Assembly (NCBI GenBank): GCA_028874075.1
Contig: JAPPLU010000090.1
Coordinates: forward strand, 29,675-93,674
Origin: Chloroflexota bacterium
Lineage (GTDB): Bacteria > Chloroflexota > Dehalococcoidia > Lucifugimonadales > UBA3495
Reading direction: 5' to 3'
Length of the DNA: 64,000 nucleotides
The notes below the pieces were generated by a model. That model searched no databases. It saw nothing but the letters and a program-made list of their open reading frames with translations, and had not been told where the DNA came from. The position numbers and the translations under genes are program-made. Shown here one piece after another: positions 48,646 to 57,394 of the stretch (positions are counted from its first letter, which is position 1; each line of letters opens with the position of its first letter).

Positions 48646-51480
48646 TTATTCCATCTTCACGACTCTCGCAGGCTCCAGGTCAAGCCCCGGAACTCTAGCC
48701 ATTGGGACCGGCTCTGCGGAGTTCTCCAATTCCACCGCCAGTTGCCCGAACAAACCGGTAACGGCTATCACACCTTCAGGCAAGGACGAATTCAGTCGCA
48801 CGATGCCCTTCAGATCTCGGCCCGGGCATTCCACCCTTACCGTGTCTCCTTCGCTGACCTGCCATCTCTGGGCGTCCGTCGCGTTAAACTCCAAGACCTC
48901 CTCCCGAACTATATCGTTTCGCCTGGTGTCTTGCTGCAGTTCGATCCGGTTATCCCGGTCCCGCTGCAGCAGCACCCGTCCTGGAGCAAGCCGCGCGGGA
49001 TAGGCAGGGTCGGGTTCAGCATCCACTATCCGGAACTCCGGCGCCACCAGGTTCGCCCTTTCAATGGGAAAGGACTCGGTATACAGTATTGGCGTTCCCT
49101 TGCCCTGGCCTTCGGACACAGGCCACTGAATGCCCTGATGGGCACGGCCGGCGTAGAGCATCTGCGTGGGCTTGGGACTCTCCAGTCCCGACGTCAACAC
49201 CAGCGACCCGGCGGCGTCCAGGGCCTGATACGACACTCCGGCATAGGCCGGAACGACCCTGGCGATCTCTTCCATCACCTCGTCCCCTGTTGAAAAGTGA
49301 AAGCCTGTTGCGCCCAGCCGCTGGCCCAATTCCACCAAGAGCCAAAAGTCATCCCTGGCACCACCCGACGGGGACGCGTATGCCGGCTTTAACCGTTGAA
49401 TACGCCGCTCCAAATTGGTAAGTGTCCCATCCTTTTCCGCCAAGGTGGAGCGGGGGAGCACCACGTCGGCCACCGGCGCGAACTCGGACAAGAAGGTATC
49501 CGCTATTACAAGGAACTCCAGACCTTGCAGAGCGGACAGCGCATCGCCCAGCCGTCCATTTGTAAGGTTCTGGCTGCCTCCCAGCAAAACCATTGCCTTG
49601 ACCTGGCCTTCTGCCGCGGCATCAAGACAGCCTTTTGATCCAATCCCCCTGTCCGACGGAAGGGAGCACTGTAGAATTTCTTCCAGTTCTGTTCGGGCCC
49701 TGTCGTTGCGAGCGGCGCCCCTACCGGGAAGGCGGTTGGCGATGCAACCCACGTCCCATGCCCCCTGTTCGTTTGCGCCCTGCCTCACCGGGTAAATCCC
49801 TGACCCCGCTTCTCCCACGTTGCCCGTCAACAGGACCAGATCCACCAGGGCGCTGGCGCAGTCCCGCTGTAACTCTTGCGCTATGTTATCCAGCGCGAAG
49901 CAAACGGCTGACTTGCCGCTTGCACCGAACAACCTGGCAGCTTCAGCAATGCTCTCTCTCGGCACCTGGGTAACTGAGGCAACCTCTTCCAGATCCAGGT
50001 TGTGCAGGTAGTAGAGGAGAGTAGAAGGGTCTTCACAATGCTCCTCAACCCAGTCTTTTTTGTCGAGCCCCTGGTCAATAATCTCCCGTAGGATCCCGCC
50101 CAGCAGCAGCAATTCCGAACCAGGGGCTGGCCTTAGCCACAGGTCCGCATGGCGGGTGAGCTCAACCTCCCGCACGTCAATCACAATCAGCGAGGCTCCG
50201 CGCTTCCTCGCAGCCTTGATAGGCAGCGCCACAACATTGTTGTCCTCGGTTACGTTGGCGTTGAAAACCAGGATGCAGTCTGACTGTTCCAAGTCCCAAA
50301 TGGAGTTGGTGGCCGCCGCAAAGCCCATTCCCCGCTCCAGGGCCAGGGTCGATTCCGGTTGCAGGTTAGAAAGCACGTCCAGGTTATTGGACCCCATCGC
50401 CACTCTGGCAAACTTCTGGGCCAGGTATAGCTCTTCATTTGTGCAGTCCGGTGCCGCAAGCAGCGCGAAGGCATCACCTTGATACTCCGGCAGCCGGCTC
50501 GCGATGAGTTCCAGCGCCTCCTCCCACGTCGCCTCCATTAAGTTCCCATCGCGGCGAATGAGGGGCTGTTTCAGACGGTCATTGCGGTTGAGAAACTCCA
50601 GCCCGAACTTTCCCTTGAAGCAGGCCTGACCGCGATTGGCCGGCGCGTTTAATTCAGGAACTACCCTGATCATTTCCTGGGCATCGTTCAGTTCCAGATT
50701 CAACTGACAGCCCACGGGACAGTGCGGACATATCGTTGGCTCGATCCTTCGGGGCTTCTCCCACTTGTGATCCCGTTCCACCAGGGCGCCCACCGGGCAA
50801 ACGTCAATACAAGCCCCACAGAACTCGCACCCAGACTCCAGGAGGGAAGTGCCGAAAGAAGTACCCACCAACGCCTTACCGGACCGTTCCGTGAAACAGA
50901 TAGCATCGTCCCCTCGGACCTCCTCGCAGGCCCGCACGCACCGTCCGCAGGCGATGCACAGATTGTAGTCCCGGTCATAAAAGGGATCGTTGACTTCCAG
51001 GGGCATCTGCTTGTATTTGTAGTTCAGGGGCGACTCCAGCTCCATGCCCAGGTATCTAACGGTGTCCTTGAATTCGCAGCGTTCGTTCTTGGGACAGGTA
51101 ACGCAACGGTCGTTGACCGATACATGCCTCAGGCACACGTCGCTGGGTCCGCAGATATCTATCCGATGACATGTAAGGCAGCCATTGGGGTGCTCGGCAA
51201 TGAGCATCTGCATTACGCTTCGGCGCAGTTCAATGACATCGTTTGCCTCGCTGCGCACTCTCATACCGTCGGCCACCGGCAGAGTACAAGCAGCCGGATA
51301 GCCCCGGCCCCCCTCTACGGATACAACGCACATTCGGCAGGCCGCGAAGGGTTTCATTCCAGGGTGGTAGCACAGGTAAGGGACGTAGATGCCGGCGTCA
51401 ATCGCCGCTTCCAGCACCATCTTGCCGGGCTGCGTCTTGATCTCCACGCCATCAATGGAGATGGTAATGTCATCGGGCAT
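48646..51480 (-). CDS. NuoG/FdhF-like multi-Fe-S protein of the molybdopterin oxidoreductase fold
   Basis: [2Fe-2S] (C..ACRMC..C), His/Cys cluster, two [4Fe-4S] motifs, CPHCPVGC..C and EKDGTLTNLERR; no Cys/Sec at the FDH Mo-ligand position. Confidence 0.85.
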   Translation of the reverse strand: MPDDITISIDGVEIKTQPGKMVLEAAIDAGIYVPYLCYHPGMKPFAACRMCVVSVEGGRGYPAACTLPVADGMRVRSEANDVIELRRSVMQMLIAEHPNGCLTCHRIDICGPSDVCLRHVSVNDRCVTCPKNERCEFKDTVRYLGMELESPLNYKYKQMPLEVNDPFYDRDYNLCIACGRCVRACEEVRGDDAICFTERSGKALVGTSFGTSLLESGCEFCGACIDVCPVGALVERDHKWEKPRRIEPTICPHCPVGCQLNLELNDAQEMIRVVPELNAPANRGQACFKGKFGLEFLNRNDRLKQPLIRRDGNLMEATWEEALELIASRLPEYQGDAFALLAAPDCTNEELYLAQKFARVAMGSNNLDVLSNLQPESTLALERGMGFAAATNSIWDLEQSDCILVFNANVTEDNNVVALPIKAARKRGASLIVIDVREVELTRHADLWLRPAPGSELLLLGGILREIIDQGLDKKDWVEEHCEDPSTLLYYLHNLDLEEVASVTQVPRESIAEAARLFGASGKSAVCFALDNIAQELQRDCASALVDLVLLTGNVGEAGSGIYPVRQGANEQGAWDVGCIANRLPGRGAARNDRARTELEEILQCSLPSDRGIGSKGCLDAAAEGQVKAMVLLGGSQNLTNGRLGDALSALQGLEFLVIADTFLSEFAPVADVVLPRSTLAEKDGTLTNLERRIQRLKPAYASPSGGARDDFWLLVELGQRLGATGFHFSTGDEVMEEIARVVPAYAGVSYQALDAAGSLVLTSGLESPKPTQMLYAGRAHQGIQWPVSEGQGKGTPILYTESFPIERANLVAPEFRIVDAEPDPAYPARLAPGRVLLQRDRDNRIELQQDTRRNDIVREEVLEFNATDAQRWQVSEGDTVRVECPGRDLKGIVRLNSSLPEGVIAVTGLFGQLAVELENSAEPVPMARVPGLDLEPARVVKME

Positions 51481-51508
51481 TAATGATTCTCCGTCCCTGG
51501 TCTAATAC

Positions 51509-53221
51509 CTATCGCCGGCTCAAGCGGGGAGAGAAGTGCGGGACCCGGCAACTGCCGGTAGGGCACCGTTTTTCGACGATGTGGGCCTCGAACTGCCCCG
51601 GGAAGTAACGCAATGCCGAAGCCACCGGATTGAATCCCAGTTGTCCGTGCCCGCAAAGGGAGCCCGCCTGCATGTTTTCCCCGATGCTCCGCATCAGCGC
51701 CAGGTCGTCAGGAGTGCCTTCAAGCCGGCAGATCCTCTCCAGCACTTCCAGCATGTGACTCATCCCCATACGGCATGGAAAGCACTTGCCACAGGACTCG
51801 TACTGGCAGAATGCGATCAGTACGCGGGTCAAATCCACCACGCAGGTATCCTCATCCGCGGCAATAATGCCTCCGGAACCCAGGATTGCACCTGCGCTGC
51901 GAAAAATGTCGAAGTCCAGGACCAGGTCCGCGGCCGCCGCGCTCAACACACCGCCCAATGGGCCACCGGTCTGGATAAAGCTCAACTCTTTGCCGCCTGG
52001 GACGCCCCCGGCCATCTCATTCAACACCTCATTGAGATTCATCCCCATGGGCACTTCAACCATTCCGGTGTAGTTGAGAGAGCCGGACAGGCACAGAATC
52101 ACCGTACCCGTGCTCTTGTCGTGGCCTATGCCAGCGAACCACTCGCCGCCCCTGGCAATTATCTCCGGTACGTAGGCCATAGTTTTTACGTTATTGATGT
52201 TGGTGGGTTTGCCAAACACTCCCACCTGCGCCGGGAAGGGTGGCCGGTACCGGGGCATGGCGCGGCTACCTTCTATTGCCTCCATCAGGGCCGTTTCCTC
52301 GCCGGAAACATAGGAGTCGCCGGTCAGTGCAACTTCCAGGTCAAAAGTGAAGTCAGTCCCAAGAATTCTATTCCCCAGCAGTCCCAGTTCGTAGGCCTGT
52401 GCAACCGCGGTCTGAGCCCTTTCTATTGGCCCGTCATGGCCGTGGCGGATGAAGATATACCCGTGGTTAGCGCCAGTGGCATAACCCGCCAGGATAATCC
52501 CTTCCACCACCGTGTGAGGGTCGCTCTCAAGGATTCCCTTGTCATTAAACGCCCCGGGGTCTCCCTCTTCACAGTTGCAGAGGATGTATTTCTCGGGAGC
52601 GTTAGAACCTGCCAGGAATCGCCACTTGGTACCTGCAGGGAAGGCGGCCCCTCCTCGGCCCCGGAGGCCCGAAGTGTTTACCTCTTCCAATACCTCGGCC
52701 TCGGTCATGTTCGTAAGGGCGCGGTTCAAAGCTCCGTAGCCTCCATTGGCCACGTATTGGTAAATGTCCAGCGGGTCTATGTGTCCCGCGTTGCGGAGAG
52801 CAATTCGTTGCTCTCTCGCTTTCATGGGGTGCTGGTCGAGCGACGGCAGATCGCCCTTTTCCACTTCTCCAATGCGTCCCACAACCAGGTCGGCCATTAC
52901 CTCTCCCTGGCCCAGGTGCCTGGAAACAATTTCCTTAACGTCGTCAGGCCCAACATTGCCGTAAACCACCCGCCCTTGGCCAGGGACTTGGACATCGACC
53001 ATCGGTTCGGCAAAACACAGGCCAAGGCAGCCTACCCTGCTTACCTGGGCGTTGACTCCCTGCGTCTCAAGCTCGGTACTGAACGATTCGACTACTTGGT
53101 CCGCGCCTGCAGCCTGTCCGCAAAGGGCCGTTCCGACACGAATCCACGGCCTGTCACCGGCGGTCAGCCCTTCCCACCGACGTTGTGCTTCTTCCTGGAT
53201 ACTAAGAAAGTCAGCAGCCAC
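51509..53221 (-). CDS. NuoF/HydB-like FMN subunit with an N-terminal thioredoxin-like [2Fe-2S] domain
   Basis: GLRGRGGAAFP, EEGDPG, GEETAL, ESCGKCFPCR and CLGLC motifs. Confidence 0.9.
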   Translation of the reverse strand: MAADFLSIQEEAQRRWEGLTAGDRPWIRVGTALCGQAAGADQVVESFSTELETQGVNAQVSRVGCLGLCFAEPMVDVQVPGQGRVVYGNVGPDDVKEIVSRHLGQGEVMADLVVGRIGEVEKGDLPSLDQHPMKAREQRIALRNAGHIDPLDIYQYVANGGYGALNRALTNMTEAEVLEEVNTSGLRGRGGAAFPAGTKWRFLAGSNAPEKYILCNCEEGDPGAFNDKGILESDPHTVVEGIILAGYATGANHGYIFIRHGHDGPIERAQTAVAQAYELGLLGNRILGTDFTFDLEVALTGDSYVSGEETALMEAIEGSRAMPRYRPPFPAQVGVFGKPTNINNVKTMAYVPEIIARGGEWFAGIGHDKSTGTVILCLSGSLNYTGMVEVPMGMNLNEVLNEMAGGVPGGKELSFIQTGGPLGGVLSAAAADLVLDFDIFRSAGAILGSGGIIAADEDTCVVDLTRVLIAFCQYESCGKCFPCRMGMSHMLEVLERICRLEGTPDDLALMRSIGENMQAGSLCGHGQLGFNPVASALRYFPGQFEAHIVEKRCPTGSCRVPHFSPRLSRR

Positions 53222-53284
53222 TTAACAGCCACCACGCATCTGTTTTTGACCGACAGTCAAAACCTTCTCGCCGGGGAGTGCCAA

Positions 53285-53788
53285 TCACGCCTCCCCGCCA
53301 CTCGCCGAATCCAGAGTTTTGGAAACCAGTTCGCGCCCCTTTTCAGGCGTAATGCGGCCTGCAAGGCGGTGGTCTACCGACATGACCGGCGCCAATGCGC
53401 ACGCCCCCAGGCAGGTGTTGTAACGGATCGTAAGCTTGCCATCAGGGGTGTCGCCTTCATCCTCCATACCAGCGGCTTCGAGCACCGAAGCGATCACGGG
53501 CATCGCGCCAACCAGGTGGCAGGAAGGGCCCCAGCAAACCTCTATTCGGTGCTCACATGGGGGAACAGTACGGAAATTGGGGTAAAAGGAAACTACGGCC
53601 CAGACATCGTTTATGGTCGCCTGATTAAAGGTGGCGACCTCTTCAACGGCTTCCCGGGGGATATAACCTAACTCATCCTCAACAGCCAACAGGGATGAAA
53701 GAATGGTAACGGTAGGTTGAGGCTGATTTTGGACGGCCTTCTTGATTCGCTGCTTCAGCCCATCCATCACTCGGGCCTGTCGGCCCAT
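53285..53788 (-). CDS. NuoE-like [2Fe-2S] subunit
   Basis: VSFY, CWGPSC and CLGACALAP motifs; GAGG RBS. Confidence 0.9.
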   Translation of the reverse strand: MGRQARVMDGLKQRIKKAVQNQPQPTVTILSSLLAVEDELGYIPREAVEEVATFNQATINDVWAVVSFYPNFRTVPPCEHRIEVCWGPSCHLVGAMPVIASVLEAAGMEDEGDTPDGKLTIRYNTCLGACALAPVMSVDHRLAGRITPEKGRELVSKTLDSASGGEA

Positions 53789-53829
53789 TACACCTCAAAA
53801 CAAGGTAGAAATCCGACACCTTGGAGAGT

Positions 53830-53847
53830 TCGTGAATTCCGTAACAA
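53830..53847. promoter_or_regulatory. Rex/CRP-like operator upstream of the nuoEFG-like operon
   Basis: TCGTGAA-TTCC-GTAACAA versus the Rex consensus TTGTGAA-N4-TTCACAA. Confidence 0.5.
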
Positions 53848-54255
53848 TCTTCCTCGATATTACCACATTGCTGAATTTACGTTCAACTACACCAAGGGTT
53901 CTTTCGGAGTAGTTAGGGCAATGATGGGCAGCCCTGGTACCCAAGGTGGTGAGATTGTGGAACCATCCCCGGCGTACCATAGACAGTCTTTTTGCACAGG
54001 GTAGAAGGAACACCCGTCAGCAAAGTAAGGCGGATTCAACACGTCCCAGCTCCTGATGACAGGCTTTGCCTCCTTTACCAACCCCTTCAACCCATCTTCA
54101 ACTCAAAAACCATGACCCTGTCGCGAAGCCTTCATAGTGAGGATAGTCGCTGAGTGACATCACTCTTCGTCAGGACTGCCCTTGTGGCCGGCCGGTTCCA
54201 TTCAAGTCAATTCTGGCGACTGCCGTCTCTTGTACATCATTAGTGTAGCGGCAGC

Positions 54256-54288
54256 AAAAAGAAAGAGAGCGGCAGCCACCGCCCTCTC
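54256..54288 (-). terminator. Intrinsic terminator after the FrnE-like gene
   Basis: Minus strand reads GAGGGCGGT-GGCT-GCCGCTCTC then TTTCTTTTT. Confidence 0.75.
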
Positions 54289-54315
54289 CATACTCGCCAT
54301 TCCTTCGCTGAACCT

Positions 54316-54960
54316 CTACTGGGGAGTTTGTGAGGTGAGGAACTGGTTCATCGCCGACTTGAAAATATCGTAAGGATGCGCCCCGGTGAACATCAGGTTG
54401 CCCACTACAAAGGTAGGAATGCCTCGGATACCGTGCTGCAGGGCCTCCTGGTACTGTCCCATCACCTTGTTGGATAACTCGTGCGTTTCCAGGCATTCGA
54501 TCATTTCATCAGCGTCAAGGGATACCGTCTTGGCAACCTCTGCCAGTACGTTGAGCTGTCCCAGGTCCTTCCGTTCGTCCCAATATGCCTTGTAAGCAGC
54601 GTGGTGAAACTCCATGAATTTTCCGTGCTGCTGGGCATATTCAGTGGCTTCCAACGCGTACATTGTATTTGGCGTAACCAGGGGTGGGCGCATGACCAGT
54701 CCCGCATCCTTCACTTGGGACCGGATCGGCTCACTCAATTCGTCTTCAGTTTCTCCCGACCGTTGCTGCCGGAGCAACCCTTCCTTGGGAGTATCCGGCC
54801 GCAGCAAATAGGCTCGTCCTTCTACAGCGATGTTGTACTCCTGTCCCAGCTTGTCGACTCGTTCCAGGCCGACGTAGCACCAGGGTCAAACATAGTCGTA
54901 CCAAACTATGACCCGTACGGGGTCGGCGCCATTATTATGCTGATGACGTTCCTCTACCAT
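54316..54960 (-). CDS. DsbA/FrnE-family oxidoreductase, probable selenoprotein (TGA 54886-54888; U-P-W-C)
   Basis: AGGAGG RBS then ATG 54960 gives MVEERHQHNNGADPVRVIVWYDYV*PWCYVGLERV...AYLLRPDTP, in frame with track ORF 54316-54807 (GIRGIPTF, GAHP). Hairpin at 54845-54885. Confidence 0.9.
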
Positions 54961-55056
54961 CTCTTCCTCCTAAGCGGGGACGTTGGGAATTTCGAGCGGG
55001 TCAGGAAATCAGGTCAGTTATTCTACGAGAAGTGGTATCTGGTGGAAGCGGTCCAG

Positions 55057-55833
55057 TTACTCGGCGGCCTGCTCGTCAGGATAAAGTTGCGAGCTTACCG
55101 CTCCGTTTCTGGTCATCTGGAGAGATTCGGGGGCCGTCGCCAACAAATCGACCAGTTCCGGCAACTGGGATATTCGCACACAGTGATCCATTTCCTGGTG
55201 CCAGTTCCCCCGGTCGAGCAGTACGGCGTGGAGCCCCGCACCCCTAGCGCCCACCAAGTCCGACCGAGGTTGGTCCCCCACGTGGACGGCTTCCGGGCCA
55301 GATACTCCAGCACGCTCCAGCGCAGCGGCAAATATGGCCGGGTCCGGTTTTTCAACACCGATCTCCGCCGAAGTCAGGCAGAAGTCCAGATAGGGCTCCA
55401 TGCCCAGGTTCTGGCACAGCTCGTACATGTCTCTTCGCAAATTGGAGATAACACCAATTTGATAGCCCTGGCCCTTCAACCGTTGAAGTACACCAACCGT
55501 GTCATCAAAGGGGATAAAGTCCTTGGGAACGCTGATGGCAATTTGCCAGATCTGCCGGGCAAGGTCGTTGGTTACCGAAAGACCCGCATTTTCGAGGAGA
55601 ATTTGCTCATAACGGGAAAAAAACTCGAGGCGCTCTTCCTCCGTGCGGGTGGCCAGGGGTTTAATTTCATTCTCCCGGTTGAAGTAGACATCAGCCACGG
55701 AGTAACCATAGCTGATGGCTTCCGGGGCTATATGAAAGCCAAATTCCTGGCAGGAAGCCTGCTGAATATGGTCCAGAGGGGGCCAAAACCGGACCAGGGT
55801 GTTATAGAAGTCGAAGAATATTGCCTTGATCAT
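55057..55833 (-). CDS. HAD-superfamily hydrolase (subfamily IA)
   Basis: FFDFYNTL, ISN, KPDPAIF and HVGD...SDLVGA motifs. Confidence 0.88.
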   Translation of the reverse strand: MIKAIFFDFYNTLVRFWPPLDHIQQASCQEFGFHIAPEAISYGYSVADVYFNRENEIKPLATRTEEERLEFFSRYEQILLENAGLSVTNDLARQIWQIAISVPKDFIPFDDTVGVLQRLKGQGYQIGVISNLRRDMYELCQNLGMEPYLDFCLTSAEIGVEKPDPAIFAAALERAGVSGPEAVHVGDQPRSDLVGARGAGLHAVLLDRGNWHQEMDHCVRISQLPELVDLLATAPESLQMTRNGAVSSQLYPDEQAAE

Positions 55834-55960
55834 GTGTCCGGCTGTTCTCCCGGCAGCCTCACTTAAGTGGGCTCATTATTTGCGCTTTCGATGTAATGAG
55901 GCACTAAATATTTGTCCGGGGCTGGCGTTCGTGTCGGCATTCTAGCATAGCCAGGCAAAC

Positions 55961-55978
55961 TTGTGAATCGTGTAACAA
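55961..55978. promoter_or_regulatory. Rex/CRP-like operator in the divergent HAD/rpiB region
   Basis: TTGTGAA-TCGT-GTAACAA. Confidence 0.5.
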
Positions 55979-56075
55979 CTTCTGTCAAAGGAAGTTTGTT
56001 ACCTCTTGCTCCCCCGGACGAATAAAACTATGCTGATATCAGCAACCGGGCCAAGGCCCACTACGGAGCAGGAAA

Positions 56076-56525
56076 ATGCAAATCGCCATCGGCGCAGATC
56101 ACGCCGGCTTTGCCCTTAAAGAACAGTTGAAGCCCTGGCTCGAAGCCGCCGGCCACCAGGTTAAAGACCTGGGGGCCCATGACATGGACCCGGAGGACGA
56201 CTACCCTGACTTTGCGGCCGCGGTGGCCCGATTCATCCAGGCCGGCAACGCGGAAAGAGGAATCATCTGCTGCGGCAGCGGAGTGGGCGCCAGCATCACC
56301 GCCAATAAAGTGTCAGGAGTGCGCGCCGGTTTGTGCCACGACACCTACAGCGCACACCAGGGCGTGGAACACGACGACATGAACGCCATTTGCCTGGGCG
56401 CCCGCATTATAGGACTGGACCTATCCAAAGAGATAGTCACCGCATTTCTGGGGGCCAGCTTTATTCCCGAACCCCGATTTCAGCGCCGTCTCAGCAAGCT
56501 TATCCAGGTGGAATCAGAAGCATAG
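56076..56525 (+). CDS. rpiB: Ribose-5-phosphate isomerase B
   Basis: GADHAG, DDYPD, CGSGVG, ANKV and HDDMN motifs. Confidence 0.92.
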   Translation: MQIAIGADHAGFALKEQLKPWLEAAGHQVKDLGAHDMDPEDDYPDFAAAVARFIQAGNAERGIICCGSGVGASITANKVSGVRAGLCHDTYSAHQGVEHDDMNAICLGARIIGLDLSKEIVTAFLGASFIPEPRFQRRLSKLIQVESEA

Positions 56526-56581
56526 GCCAATCGGGAAGACGACGCCTCAGGGAAATTGCAGGAGATCCACTCTGAACATCG

Positions 56582-57364
56582 TTACAGCCTGGCCAGCAGT
56601 TCCAAAGTTTCTGCCACTTCTGCCGGCGAGTCAACCCGGTACTGGGCTTTGGTCGGCTGGCGAGCTGGCCCCACAAATACGGTTATGCCGTTCAGTTCAT
56701 GCACTGCCTGAAAGCCGTCTTCATCAGTCAGATCATCTCCAAAGTAAATGGGCAGTGTCCCGTGGGGAAATCCCGCAGATATCCTGGTAATCGCGCGCCC
56801 CTTGTGCCAATCCACCCTGGGCCGCACTTCCAGAATCTCCTTGCCCTTGGTGATGCGAATCCTTTCTCCTAGAGCAACCCGCCCCATCACTTCATCGAAT
56901 TCCTCCATCAACTGGGGACGCAATTCCTCAGGCGTCAATCGGTAATGCACACTCAAGGTCAGACCTTTCCCCTCCACAAAGACGCCCTGAAGGTCCGAAA
57001 GCCGCTCTTGCAAGGCTTCCAAGACAAGGTCCAAGTGCGGCCTTAGTTCCTTGGCTTCCGGGTGAATGAAAGCTTCATCAGAACTTTCTATCTCCAGGCC
57101 GTGGTTGCCGGCATAGACAAGACCGGGGATGCCCGCCATCTCTCGAACATCGGCCAATCCTCGGCCACTTACTATGCCAAGGGTAAAGCGGGCCAACCGC
57201 TGGACCGCCAATAGCGCTTCCCGAGTCCTCGGAGGCAGTACAGCCAGGTCCGGTCGCCCCGCAATGGGGGCCAGGGTTCCATCATAGTCGAGAAGCAGTA
57301 GAACGTGATCGGCTCCGGCGATCTGACGGCTTACCCGGGGCCATACGTTCAGAAGGTGAGGCAT
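56582..57364 (-). CDS. otsB: Trehalose-6-phosphate phosphatase
   Basis: LDYDGTL, SGR, AGNHGLE and GDDLTDEDGF motifs; adjacent to otsA. Confidence 0.92.
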   Translation of the reverse strand: MPHLLNVWPRVSRQIAGADHVLLLLDYDGTLAPIAGRPDLAVLPPRTREALLAVQRLARFTLGIVSGRGLADVREMAGIPGLVYAGNHGLEIESSDEAFIHPEAKELRPHLDLVLEALQERLSDLQGVFVEGKGLTLSVHYRLTPEELRPQLMEEFDEVMGRVALGERIRITKGKEILEVRPRVDWHKGRAITRISAGFPHGTLPIYFGDDLTDEDGFQAVHELNGITVFVGPARQPTKAQYRVDSPAEVAETLELLARL

Positions 57365-57394
57365 AGAGAGAGTAGGACCTTACCGTGAAGCCAG

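Noticed and set aside
48646-51480. Selenocysteine formate dehydrogenase
   Set aside because: No in-frame TGA and no Cys/Sec-His at the Mo-ligand position.
51536-53671. 711-aa plus-strand ORF
   Set aside because: Antisense shadow of the nuoF/nuoE-like genes; no recognisable motifs; typical of GC-rich codon bias.
53887-54090. 67-aa minus-strand ORF upstream of the nuoE-like gene
   Set aside because: TTG start, weak RBS and no motif; insufficient support.
30672-54888. Alternative genetic code (TGA = Trp/Gly) to explain the in-frame TGAs
   Set aside because: TGA terminates ordinary genes here (e.g. trmD, dinG), and the read-through cases all fall at catalytic Cys positions.
54481-55866. 461-aa plus-strand ORF
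   Set aside because: Antisense to the FrnE-like and HAD genes, which carry clear family motifs.
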